Source: Mobula hypostoma
Lineage: Eukaryota
Length of the DNA: 64,000 nucleotides
Reading direction: 5' to 3'
Assembly (NCBI RefSeq): GCF_963921235.1
Contig: NC_086125.1
Location: 26,846,001 to 26,910,000, forward strand
A program made the translations under genes and the position numbers. A model generated the notes under the pieces. It made no database searches. It saw only the letters and a list, made by a program, of their open reading frames with translations, and was not told the DNA's origin. Shown one piece after another: positions 36,980-49,869 of this stretch (position 1 is its first letter; the number at the start of each line of letters is the position of its first letter).

Positions 36980-39900
36980 CTGAACTCCAGGTTAAAGGAA
37001 AATGATTCAACAGTTTTCAACTTATCACGAAGTTCCCAAAGTGGCAAAACCGATGAAGTCAATTCCATCGTAAACTCCTTGTCGACCTTCTTGCTTCTGC
37101 TGTTTGTTTGACTATCTTGGATCATCAATTAGAAAATCAGTTGAAATTGTTAACCTGTTTAATGCTCTTGAGTGAGACAGAGCCCGTGCTGAAATGGTCA
37201 CCATTACATAAAAGTAAAGCAGTGCAACACACAAACTGCCAGAGGAACTCAGCAGCATCAATGGAGATGAATAAAGTCAACATTTTGGGCTGAGACCCTT
37301 CAAGAGGGGGAGGAGAAGCAGGTGGCATGTGATAGGTGAGACCAGGTGGAGGGGGAGCTGGGTGGGTAGGGGAGAGAGTAAAAGCAAGAAGCTGAGTGGA
37401 GATGGGTGGAAAAGGTAAAGATCTGAAGGAGGAACTTGATAGGAGAGCAGAGTAGGCCGTGGGAGAAAGGGAAGGAGGAGGAGCATCAGAGAGAGGTGAT
37501 GGGCAGGTGAGAAGAGGGGAAGGGGTAAGAGGAGAGCTAGAATGGAGAACGGGAAAAGGGAGGAGGGAGGGAGAGGAATTACTGATTGATGTTCATGTTG
37601 TCAAGTTTGATATTGTACAGCACAATACAGGCCCTTCAATCCACAATGTTGTGCCAAACCTTTAATCTACTCAAAGATCAGTCCAACCCTTCTAGCCCAC
37701 GTAGCCCTCCATGTTTTTCTGTCATCTGTGTGCCTAAGAGTCTCTTTAATGCCCCTAATGTATCTACCTCTACCACCACCTCTTCATTCATTCCACACAT
37801 CCACCAAAACCTACCTCTGACATTGTCCCCCCCCCACCATACTTTCCTCCATTCACCTTAACACCATGCCCCCTCGTACTAGACATTTTTGAACTGGCTG
37901 TCCATTCAACCTAAACCTCATCATCTTAAACACCTCATCAAGTCACCTCTCATCCTTCTTCGCTCCAAAGAGAAAAGCACTAGCTCACTCAACTCTTTAG
38001 ATTTGTGTAAAGGATGGACTTTTGCTCTGGTGGTTGTGGGCTTGATCAGAATGGTGGAACATCAGCAGGTCAGGCAGCATCAGTGGAAGGAAATGGACAG
38101 CACTCCCTTCCACCAAGTTCCTTCATCACTACCTTTGTTGCCCCAGACTCTAGCATCGGCCATCTCATGTCCTCTGAGGCATGGTCACAGTTCCATTCCC
38201 ATGAAATCCAACTGCACAGAAACCCCACTCTAATACCACTATAATGGCAACCACACAATAATCAGACTCCTTGCTGACAGAGTCGGCATCTGGAACTTAC
38301 TGAAACAGAAAGTTTTTGAAATACTCATCACATCAGGGAGCATCCATGATCGCGAGGAAATCAAATGCGTTTTAAAATGAAGTTAAGTGGGAAGGTGGGA
38401 GACAACAAGAGGGGGTGTCGTGATTGGGCAGATTGGAGCCCAAAGGTCAATCAGTAGTCTAGAAGTTGGAGCCCGATGACCAAGACCTGGAGACTGGAGT
38501 TGGCCAGAGCTCTGGGTCTGCAAAATCCCAAGTCCACTGGGGTCATTGAAGGTTCACTATCTGCGTTTCTGAGTCCACTGGAAGCTGAAGGCCCAAGAAG
38601 ACAACCTGTCTTGGGGTTCAAGGACTGTGTATGTGTGAGGGAGAAAAGCAGCTTGTTTTTCTTCTGGTGTTTTGTTGCTCTGCTGATCACTGTGGGCATG
38701 CTTTGCTGGTGCCCGAACATGTGGCGACACTTGTGGGCTGTCTCCGGCACTATCTTTGCTTATTTGACGCAAATTATGTATTTCACTGTATGTTTCGACG
38801 TATATGTGACAAATAGAGCTAATCTTTTTTAAAAAAAGTAATTGAAGGTAAGAGAGGGGTATGTCAGAGGTAAATTCTTTACACAGGGAGTGGTAAATGC
38901 AGGGAATACCCTGACAGGGGTGGTAGTAGAGGCTGATACATTGGGGCATTTAAGATCAGCACATGGATGATAGAAAAACGAAGGGCTATGTAGGAGGGAA
39001 GGGTTAGATTAACCTTGGAGTAAGTTAAAGCAGCGGTCCCCAACCACCGGGCTGCGGACTGGTACCGGGCCGCAAAGCATGTGCTACCGGACCGCGAGGA
39101 AACGATATGATTTGGTGATAGGAGCCAGCTGCACCTTTCCTCATTCCCTGTCACGCCCACTTTTGATCCATTACGCATGCGAGGTCATTACGCGCGCGTC
39201 ATCCGTGTCAGCGTGGGAAGGAGATCAACTCCTTAAGCTTGCAAATGACAGCGGGCCGAAAAGTATGTTTGACATAACATCTCTACCGGCATTCTGGATC
39301 AAAGTCAAGGCTGAATATCCTGAGATAGCCACGAAAGCACTGAAAACGTTGCTTCCATTTCCAACATATCTTCGCGAAGCGGAGTTTTCTGCAATGAATG
39401 CAATGAAAACTAAATTGCGGAATAGACTGGACACAAGGAACCCCCTTCGAGTATCGCTGTCTCCCATCACCCCTCAATGTTGCAGGGAACAAGTATTCAG
39501 CCCAGGGCTTCCACTGTCTCAGCGATACTGGTGTGTTGCAATGCTTTTATATGTTCATACGGGGAAAATATGTGCTGTGTGTTTAATATCCAAACGTTAC
39601 TTAAAATGTTATGATGCTATTGACTTATAAAACCATATAACAATTACAGCACGGAAACAGGCGACCTCTGCCCTTCTAGTCCGTGCCGAACACTACTCTC
39701 ACCTAGTCCCACCGACCTGCACTCAGCCCATAACCCTCTATTCCTTTCCTGTCCATATACCTATCCAATTTTTCTTTAAATGACAATATCGAACCTGCCT
39801 CTACCACTTCTACTGGAAGTTCGTTCAACACTTACTTCAAGCTCCCCTGTCCTCCCCTGATAATTGACTTATCACTATATTCATGCGAGGAAAATATGCG

Positions 39901-42200
39901 CTGTGTGTTTAATATTAAATTCATTAGAGAAACCCTTTTAGAAACGAAATTGAGTGTATTAGCCACATATCACCTATATTCCAGTCGTGATTAACCCCCC
40001 CCCCCGCCCGCCCCCGGAACAGAATCGGCAAAAACGATTTGCAGGAAAAAATCGGCACGTACACGTATGCGCACTGGTGCCCGCACAAGGCTTCATGGTC
40101 ATTGTAGTCTTTCTTGGGGTAAACACAACGTATTTGACTGCTACTCTTGTCCGTTGGCAACCCTCCCCTCCATGGCCAGTCTGCAAGAATATTGTCAATA
40201 TTAAACTGGTCCGCAGTGCAAAAAAGGTTGGGGACCCCTGAGTTAAAGAGTAAAGTCCGGAGTAGATCTTTCTGGCCCTTTGTGTCACCCAACAATGCCC
40301 AATTTAATCCTAGCCTAATCACGGGACCGTTTACAATGACCAATTAGCCTACTAACTAGTATGTCTGGTGCCAAGCTGTATTGGTCCTTGCCCTTCCCTT
40401 GGACAACATCAGTGTCGTGGAGAGGGGAGACTTGCAGCATGGGCAACTGCCGGTCTTCCATACAACCTTGCCCAGGCCTGCGCCCTGGAGAGTGAAGACT
40501 TCCCAGGCACAGATCCATGGTCTCGCAAGACTAATGGATGCCTTTAGTATGTCTTTAAACTGTGGGAGGAAACCAGAGCACCCAGAGGAAACCAACATGG
40601 TCTCATGTACAAACTCCTTACAGGCTGCTGCATGAATTGAATCTGGGTTGCCTGTACTGTAAAGTGTTGTGCTAACCACTACGCTACTGTGCCGATATAC
40701 TGTTCTATGTTCTACGTGTGTGGTTGGGTGGGATGGAGAAAAGGAGCTTGTTCGTCTAATGTCATTTGTTTGTTGCTATTTTTGTGTTGTTGTTGCTGCT
40801 TGTGTTGTTTGGCTGAGAATGGAGGGCATGTTGTGTTGGTGCCAGAATGTGTGGTGACAACTCTCAGGATGCCCCCAGCTGTGGTTAACATAAATGACAC
40901 ATTTCACTGTACATTTCCACATACATGTGGTAAATATATGAACCTCTAATCTGAAAGAGCGAGCCTCAGTAGTGTTGGTTGAGACACAGTGTGGAGGCCT
41001 CATTCGGAGCTGATCTACCTGGAGGGTGAGGTAAGAGAGAGAGTTGAATGAGGGTGGGTGGTGGGGGGGGGGGGTGGGGTAAACACCCACATTGGAACTA
41101 CAAGAAATGGAGGAACAGACCCTGCAGATCATCAAAACCTGTGATAAAATCTGGAGAGATCGCAGAGAGTCTGACCTGCTGAGTTTCTCCAGCATTTTGT
41201 GTGAGTCATTCTAAAATCTGGAGATAACCCCCTCCCATTCTCCTTAGCCTAATGAACGAAATATCAACCTGCTGAGCCTGTCTAGCTGAATACCTTGTGT
41301 CCCACCAACATGAATACAAATCTCTCTCTCTGTCGGAAGGAAAGGCTAGAATGATTGTGGAGTGGTTTTATATTGGCTGGCATGACATTGTGGCCTGAAG
41401 GACCATACTATGCTGAACTGTTCCATGTTCTTAATGCAATCAGAAAGCTTTTCCACTGAGCAGTCGAGAGAGAACTGGTTGTCCTTGAAGGATAAATTAG
41501 ATTCACAGAGCCAAGAGTTAACATGGAGCAAAACAAGCCTATTTCCTCCCTCCCATTCACCCACTCAAGCTCACATACCGTCCTCCAACCCCCAGGACAG
41601 GCTGTCCTTGGCCTCCCGCCGACTTGTGAATTCTCAGGCACTGGGCTTCGACTTCCCCGGTGGTTTTACAGACCCCCGATCAACCTTTGGGCCTTGATTT
41701 TTGGTATTGATCCCAGGACTCACCAATGAGTGAGGTACTACGTTTGCCTGCATTTGGCCCATATCCCTCGAAACCCTTCCTATCCGTGTACCTGTCCAAG
41801 TTCCTTTCAAATATTGATCACAAACCTGCCTCAGCCCCTTCTTCAGGCGTATACCGACTCTCCATTTACTGACTGCTGTCTGGGTGAAAAAGTTGCCCCT
41901 CAGCTTCCAACTAAATCTCTCCCCTCTCATCTTAAACCAATGCCCTCTGGTTCTTGAGTCCCCAGCCCTGGGTGCAGATCGTGGAAAGAGTTCAGGGTAC
42001 CAACCGCTCAGTCAACTGAGCAGTGTAAGCGGCAAAAGTTTTTTAAAACTCTCATTCAGTATGCCCAATACCAGACACGTCAGCAGTTAAGGTGTGGGTT
42101 TCAACAGCCTGTTTGGTCAGAACTCCCAGGCTTTGTGAATCATCATTTTTACCCACTGGGTGGAGACACTGCAATGTAATCTGTCACACAGAAAGGATAC
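36980..42200 (-). other. U12-type (minor spliceosome) GT-AG intron 2 of AP1M
   Basis: 5' splice site GTATCCTTT; branch TTCCTTTAAC at 37000-36991, about 10 nt before the AG; no polypyrimidine tract. Confidence 0.9.
39031..40240 (+). mobile_element. Non-autonomous hAT (Charlie/Buster-type) DNA transposon with both ends intact
   Basis: TIRs CAGCGGTCCCCAACC / GGTTGGGGACCCCTG; 8-bp TSD AGTTAAAG (39023-39030, 40241-40248); hAT dimerisation peptide FWIKVKAEYPEIATKALKTLLPFPTY...TKLRNRLD. Confidence 0.92.
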
Positions 42201-42357
42201 AGTACAGGTTTCGGTGTTTAATCCACAAGAAGTGAACTTTGCCGTGAGATACAAGTGGGGAGAGAGTTCCTTCGTCTTCCCTCTGTGTTAGAATGGGGAT
42301 GAAGTGCTCGATCTCTGACATGTCCACATCGCCTTTGTAATTTCGACATATTAGGAG
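42201..42357 (-). CDS. AP1M2: AP1M exon 2 (LLICRNYKGDVDMSEIEHF...HFLWIKHRNLY)
   Basis: TTACAG acceptor; 157 nt; donor GTATCCTTT (U12 type). Confidence 0.93.
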
Positions 42358-44224
42358 CTGTAACAGGAGGTTAAAAGACACAAATAGTAGTGTCAAGAAT
42401 CAAAATTGCTTATTGTCATTCTTCAGCACTCAAGTGTAAAGAAGAACATAATGATTGTTACTCCAGATCCAATACAGCATAAAAAAAACACACACAAGAT
42501 AAAGAACACAATAAATATAAATAAAAGCAATCCTATAAAACACAATGTGGAAGTAACTGTTGATTGTTGCATAATCTTAAGAATATGCACAAGATTAGCT
42601 TCTAGACAGTACGTAGACTGATTGTACAAAGTGACACTAGGCGCAGGGATACCTGAACATAAGGAAATGATAATGTGATAAAGTGACTCTTGGCAAGAGC
42701 AACTCTTCAGGTAGCAGCAGGGAATATGGAAACACAGTGACTGTGTCAGTGTAGGTACGAGGTGTGGAGTGCAAGCATAAAGTGACAGTGCATGGGGGGG
42801 CGGGGGGAAATGAAGGATGCCATCCTTCTCATTTGCCTTATTTTGGAGGAGAGTGTGGAAGTTCTCCCCAGCGCCCTGTCCAATATTTGTCATTTAATCC
42901 AACATTAGGAACACATGAAAAACACCAATGACCAGCAATATCACTGCTGTTTGTGAGGGGTTGTGATATACAAATCGGCCATTCAGATAAAACCAGTTGT
43001 GTTTTTAGAACTAAAGAAAATTGGATTTTAGTGACAATACACATTTCCTTTAAAACCTGAACTCTTCACTTCTGAGTCCTGGAACTTCAACTAAACCCAG
43101 AGATTAATTTTTGCTGCAAGACATTGACTGTTACCTGGTTGCAAATTAAACTGGCAGCAGTTCTTTTTGACCTTTCAAGTTCTAATGGAACTTGGATTAT
43201 TCACCTTAAAACTCTTCATCTGCATAAATTCTCCAAGGCTCAAAGGGCGTATGTATGTTCCACAGAGTCACAGGCCCTTTTGCCCACTGAGCCTGTACCA
43301 AAGATCAAACGACCACTTACACTAATCCTACACGACTTCAAGAGATCCTGCAGACGCTGGAAAACTGGAGCGATGCACACAAAATGCCAGTGGAACTCAG
43401 TGCTTCAAGCAGCTTCTGTCCCTTTCTTTCCAGTTCTGATGAAAGGTCTCAGACCAAAATGTTGATTGGTTATTCCCCTCCAGAAATCCTATATGAATTT
43501 GTTTATATTATAACATAGAACAGTATAGCTCTTCCCCACACAATGTTGTGCCGAACTTTTAATCTGCTCTACTCCATAATCAATTTAACACTTCCCACCT
43601 GCATAGTCCTCCACTTTTATTTCATCCATGTGCCTATCCAAGACTCTCTTAAATGTCCCCAATGTATATGCCTCTACCATTAGCCCTCGCACCTACCACT
43701 CTATGTAAAAAACTTGCTTGTGACATCCCCACTATACTTTCTTCTGATTACCTTAAAATGATGCCCCCTTTCATTAGCCATTTCAGCTCTGGGGAAAAAG
43801 TCCAGTCTATTTCTGCTTCCCCATACTCTTTTACACCTCTAACAAGTCACTTCTCACCCTCCTTTGCTTCAAAGAGAAAAGCCTGAACTCGCTCTCCCTC
43901 TGCTTATAAGACATGCTTTCTAGTTCTGGTAAATCTGCTCCACACCCTCTCCAAAGCTTCCACATCCTTCCTATAATGAGATGACCAGAACAGAATGCAA
44001 TAGTTCAAGTGTGGTCTAATCAGTTTTATAGAACTGCAACATTATCTCACAGCTCTTGAATTCAATCCCCAGACTAGTGAAGGGTAGCATACCATATGCA
44101 TTCTTAGCCACCTAACTAACTTGCACTGCATCTTTGAGTGATTAACAGGGATCCCAAGATCCTTCAGTTCCTCCACACTGCTAAGGATCCTGCCATTAAA
44201 CTTGTACTTTGCCTTGAAGTTTAA

Positions 44225-44540
44225 CCAAAATTAAAGCATTCTCCCCACGTTCTTCAAAACGCACAGTGAAATGCTTCATCTGCCTCAACAACCAGCACAG
44301 TCCAAGCATGTGCTGGGGGCAGCCCGCGAGTGTTGGCACACTTCTGGTGCCAACATAGCATGCCCACAACTCGCTAATCCTAACACACATCTTTTGGAAT
44401 GTGGGAGGAAACCAGAGCACCCGGAGGAAACCCACATGGTCACGGAGGGAACATACAAATTCCCTACAGACAGTGGTGGGAACTGAACCCCAGTCACTGG
44501 GATTGAAAAGTGTTACGCTAGCCACTACACTACCGTGCTG
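44225..44540 (-). mobile_element. tRNA-derived V-domain SINE with Rex/L2-type tail; further copies at about 45725-46010 and 2070-3360 (split)
   Basis: Same head and core as the other SINE family but a different 3' module (CATTTCACTGT...). Confidence 0.75.
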
Positions 44541-46019
44541 CCTTATCCATTTCCACCAGGTTCTAGCACTCGCCTACACAATAGGTGAAATTTGCAGCTG
44601 CAAATTAACCTACCAACCCGCAAGTCTTTAGGATGTTGGTGGAAACTGAGGAACCTACTGTCATTACTGAAATCTGGAGCAAAAAACAAACTACTGAAGG
44701 CACTCAGAAAGCCATGCAGCATCTGTGGAGGCAGAGGGATGATTGTGGATTCAGGTCAAGACCCTGCATCAGGACTTGATGCAAGTCCTTCAGTCTGTTT
44801 CATTGCAAACTGCTTACACTGACACAAGGTCTCAACCCAAAACGCCAACCACCCCTCTGCCTCCACAGATGCTGCCTTACCCATGGAGTTCTTCCTTCGG
44901 TCTTTTATGTGTTGTCATGTTCTATGAAATGCTTCAACATATACAAATTAGAGGTCAGCTTTCTTTGAGCAATCTTATTACAGTCCAACAAATCCAAATC
45001 CCTTATACAATTTACTTGCAGTTTCAGTTGTCACACATAAACAAGAGACAATAAGTCAAAGGATCAGAATTAGGCCAAACGGCCCATTTGACCATGGCTG
45101 ATTTACTGTCCGTCTCAACCCTATTCTCCTGCTCTCTCCCCATCTCCAGTTTCCCTCCATTTTCCAAAGACATTTGGGCTAGGAAGTTGGTGGATCACAT
45201 GGGCTTGTGGGCTGGAAGGGCCTGTTACTGTGCTGTATCTCTCAAATAATTAAAATATCCTTACTAATCAAAAGCCTATAAATCTGCTTTAAATACACCC
45301 CATGACCTGGTCTTCACAGCCATTTGTGGCAATGATTTCCACAGATTCACTACCCTCTGCTTAAGGAAATTCCTCCTCATCTCTGTTCTAAAGCGATGTC
45401 CTTCAATTTTGAGGCTGTGTCCTCTGGTCCTAAACTCATCCACTATTGGAAGCATCCTCTACATGTCTACTTTTTCAATATTTGGGGGATTTCAATGAGA
45501 TTCACCCCACCCCCCGCATTCTTCTAAACTCCAGTGAACCAAATGCTCAAAGAGCATAGAGAGACAGGAGCAGGAAACAATTCTCCCAGCTCTTCAAACC
45601 TGCCCCACAACTCAACATGATCGCGGACGATCTACACAGTCCTCTACCCCTCCTCTCTGAGTTCCCACCTGGCCTCAGCTCCTGATCTATCAAACACTTT
45701 TCTGCCTTATTTTCAAGTAGAACATAAGTGGTACGTAGTGTAGCAGTTAGTGCAATGCGTTCAGTTCCTGTTGCTGTCTATAAGGAGCATGTACACGCTC
45801 CCCGTGACTGTGTGGTTTTCCTCCAGGTGCTCTGGTTTCCTCCCCCATTCCGAAGACTTATGGTTAGGATTAGTGAGGTGCGGGCACGCTATGTTGGCAC
45901 CAGAAGCATGCCAACACTTGCAGACTGCCCCCTGCACATCCTTGGACTGTGTTGATTGGTTTTTCATTGGTATGTTTTGAAGTACTGTACATGCAACAAA
46001 TAAAAGAAATCTTTCTTTA

Positions 46020-46680
46020 CATTTCAACATTTCAAAATGCAGGAACTCCCATTGGCTACCCATTTCAATTCCATTCATATTCCCTCACCTGCACGTCTGC
46101 CCATGGCCTCCTCTACAGCCATGATGAGGCCAGATATATGTTGCAGGAGCAAACCCTCATATTGTCCCGGGAGTCTGAAACCAAATGGCATCAACATCGA
46201 TTTTCGAACATCCATCAACCACTCCCATTTGTCCTACTCCCCTCACCCTTTGTTTTCCCTCACTCTGAAGGCCTTCTTACCCTTTCTCTTTCATTCTGCC
46301 AGCCTCATAACTTGCCCATCTCCTCCCTCTGGTTCCCCACCTCCTTTGCTTTATCCATTGCCTACTGTCCTCTCCTAACAGATTCCTTCTTCAGCCCTTT
46401 TCCTATTCCATCTGTCACCTCTTAGCTTCTCTCATAATACCCCCTACCCCACCTACATTTTCCATCACCTGAATTCACCTATCACCTGCCAGGTTGTGTT
46501 CCTTCTTCTCCCCCAACATTATCCTGGTTCTTGTCATCTTCCTTTCCAATCCTGATGATGTGCCTTGGCCTGAACCATCGACTGTTCACTTGCCTCCATA
46601 GAAGCTGCCCGACCTGTTGAGATCCTCCAGTGTTTTATGTGGGTTCAAAACTTCAGATCTGCAGAATCTCATGTCTTTGG
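46020..46680 (+). mobile_element. Degenerate Penelope-like 3' end/terminal repeat
   Basis: ELPLATHFNS / AHGLLYSHDEA fragments; hammerhead remnant near 46550. Confidence 0.7.
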
Positions 46681-48554
46681 CCCAATGAATCCAACCTGAC
46701 CATTCAAACTCCTCCATTCCCGTCAATGTGCCAATACCTCCCTTTACAACTCCATCCACTTGGTGACATACATAGATAGATTCGTAAAGAAAGCTTTCGG
46801 CATAAGGAAATTCACAAATCAGGGCAATGAGTACAGGCATTGGGATGTTTTGTTGAAGTTGTAGAAGACAATAGTGAGGCCAAATTTGGAGTATTGTGTG
46901 CATTTCTGGTCATCTACTTGCAGGAAAGATATCAATAAGATTGAAAGAGTGCGGAGAAAATTTACATGAATGTCGCTGGGACTTGAGGACTGAGTTATAT
47001 ATAGGTTAGGACTTCATCCCCTGGAGTGCTGGAGAATGAGGGCGGATCTTATGGTGTTATACACAATTATGATGGGAATAGCTCAGGTGAGTACTTGCAG
47101 GCTTTATCCCCTCGGGTTCTACTAGTAGAGGCTATAGGTTTAGGGTGAAGCGTGAAACATTTAAGGGGAACCTGAAGAGCAATCTCTTCACTCAGAGGGT
47201 GCTATGAGTATAGAACGAGCTGCCGGTGAAATTGGGAGATGCAAGTTCAATTGTAACATTGAAGAGAAGTTTGGTTAGCTACATGTATGGGAGGGCTTTG
47301 GTGGGATATGGTCTGGTGCAGGTAGATAGAGTTAGGCAGAGGACCAGGCCAACTAGAAGGGCTGAAGATCCTGCTTCTGTACTGTGGTGTCCTATGAATC
47401 TAACTCCTTCGATACTTGTAGCAATTTACAGTGGAAATCTAAAAGCCAGAAGAAAAAAAAAATCAAACCTTTGCAGGAATACAACATATTCCGCAGATGC
47501 TGAAATCTTGAGCATCTCACACAGAATGCTGGAGAAACACAGATCAGGAAGCATCTATGGAGGTGAATAAATGATCAGCAATTCAGGCTGAGACCCTTCA
47601 TCATTGATTTCTCCCCACTCCCACTCCTCTTTCTTTTTCAGTCCCCATTCTGGCACCCCTCTTACCCCTTCTCCTCATCTCTCACTGGTGCTCCCCCTCC
47701 TTCCCTTTCTCTGATGGTCCTCTATCAGATTCCTTCCTCTTTAGCCCATTACTTATTCAAAGCACTTATCATCTCCCAGCTTCTCACTTCACCTACCAGT
47801 TCGTACTTCTTCCCCTTTCCTCTCCTATCCTGATGAAGGGTCTCAGCCCAAAACGTCTGTTTATTCCTCAGAAGCTGCCTGACCTGCTGAGCTCCTTCAG
47901 CAGTTTGTTTGTGTAGCTCTGGATGGGTTTTCAACATCTGCACAATCTCATTTTCCACCAGTAGTGTTTTTGCTTCTGGTTTGCTGATTGCAACCCTAGA
48001 TGCTGCCGGACCTGGTGAGTTGCTCCAGCCTTTTATGTGTAACTACTGGAGGAACTCAGGTGGTCAGGGAAATGGAAAGTCAGTTTTGTGCTTTTTCTGC
48101 TCCAGATTCCAGCATCTGCATCTTGGGCCTCCATTTTGCTACCAGGACAGACACGTCGCCATGGTCACAACTAACCCTCAAATGCAAGGCTGGCATTAAA
48201 TCAGATTGAACTAATTTCTTCTACTCAGCTTTAATTCGCATCACGCTTAAAACAGAAGGAAATCCACATCGAAGGCCTTTGCATAGGTTTCAACGCGTCT
48301 TGACTTTGTACTTGAAAGAACAAAGAACGGTTTTGGAAAGTTGAAAAGTTCCCATTCTTGTGAAAGTTCCAGTACCGGGACTAAAACCCAGTTAAGTGAA
48401 ACAGGAAATGCAGCATCGACTAGCGATCACTTACAATGCAAGGCGTGGACCTGGATGACCTGTACCTCGTCAACCGGCCCAGGGAAGGTAGAGCCTTCCC
48501 TCTTGCCCAGAATTTTTGGAGATTCCAGTGGGAAGTGACCATAAAAGAACTTAC

Positions 48555-48596
48555 CTTGCCTTTAAGGTCAAGGATAAAGACCGCGGAGGCTGACAT
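48555..48596 (-). CDS. AP1M2: AP-1 complex mu subunit exon 1 (MSASAVFILDLKGK)
   Basis: ATG at 48596, 42 nt, AAG|GTAAGT donor; AP1M family is secure, paralogue assignment is tentative. Confidence 0.92.
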
Positions 48597-48755
48597 TCCC
48601 CGTGCCTTATAGTTGCTGAAATCCCCAGCAGCCACTTCCTGCTTCCCTGCGCACCTTTCCACAGGTAACTCCCGCCTCCGACCGGCCTCTTAAAGGTGAG
48701 GGCGTCGCCCGCATTTCCTGTCACCCGACAGAAAACACAGCAAGCCAATCTTAAC
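48597..48755 (-). promoter_or_regulatory. AP1M 5'UTR / proximal promoter
   Basis: Local CpG enrichment, ETS-like GGAAGT motifs, GC-box-like CCCGCC near 48671, CCAAT near 48745. Confidence 0.5.
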
Positions 48756-49869
48756 TAACACACAAAATGCTGGCTGAACTCAGCAGGTCAAGCACTATCC
48801 ATGGAGAGGAGTAAGCAGTTGACGTTTCAGGCTGAAACCCTTCATCAGGAGTGGAAAGAAAGGGGGCAGAAACTGTACTGAGAAGGTGGGAGCGGGAAAG
48901 GATTACGAAGTGAGACCAAGTAAGGAGTAAGGTAGGTGGGTGGGGGGGGGGGCGAAGTGAGAAGCTGGGAGGTTAAATATGTGGACGAGGCTAAAGAAGA
49001 AGGAATCTGATAGGGGAGGAGAACGGACCATGGGACAAAGGGAGGGAAGAGCAGCAAGACGGGAGCCAGAATGAGTGATGATAAAAGATAGAAGGAGGGG
49101 GATTCCAAAGTTGCCACTAGAAGGGGAAAAGGGTGTTTTTTAAAACTGCAAGTGAAAGACAGCAGATGCTAGAAATCTAAATCAAAAAGAGAAAATCTTG
49201 AGAGTACTCAGCAAGGATTAGACAGGGTGGACATTGAATGAATTAAGTAAGAGGAGGTGTCTGAAAGGTGCCTGGTCTCAGCAAGGTGGAGGTGCACAGC
49301 CGCCAACCCCGGATTCGGGACGGCACCCACCCACTGACTGACTGACTGACCGACTGAGGAAGGTGGAGGTCAGTTCCCCAGACTGAACAGTCCTGGTGAA
49401 GAGCCACAGCCCGAAACGTCAAATGTTCATTCCTCTCCTCAGATGAGTTCCTCCAGCATTGGACAAGGCGCTGGATAGTTACAAAAAAGCCAGGAAGATG
49501 CTTAAGAACGGATTTAGGAGAGCTAGAAGAGGAACCCAGAAGGCTTTGGTAAGTCGGGTTCAGGAAAGGCACAATGCATTCTACATGTATCTGATGATCA
49601 GGAGTGAGGATTGGATTGATCAGGAATAAAAGAGGAAACATGAGTTTGGAGTCCCAGGACGTGGCGAAGGCCCTTAATGAATACTTTGCTTCAGAATTCA
49701 CCAGGGAGAGGCTAAGTTATTTAGTGTGAAAGGGAACTTGACAAAGACGAGGACAGCGCAAAACAGGCTGATATGCTGGAACATGTCAACGTTAAGAAAG
49801 AGCATGTGCTGGAATTTTTCGATGAGAGTCATAGCTGGAGTGGACAGCTAGAGACTGTAGACTGTAAGG

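Noticed and set aside
39079-39630. Domesticated ZBED/SCAND-like gene
   Set aside because: Only a C-terminal fragment inside an internally deleted transposon with TIRs and a TSD
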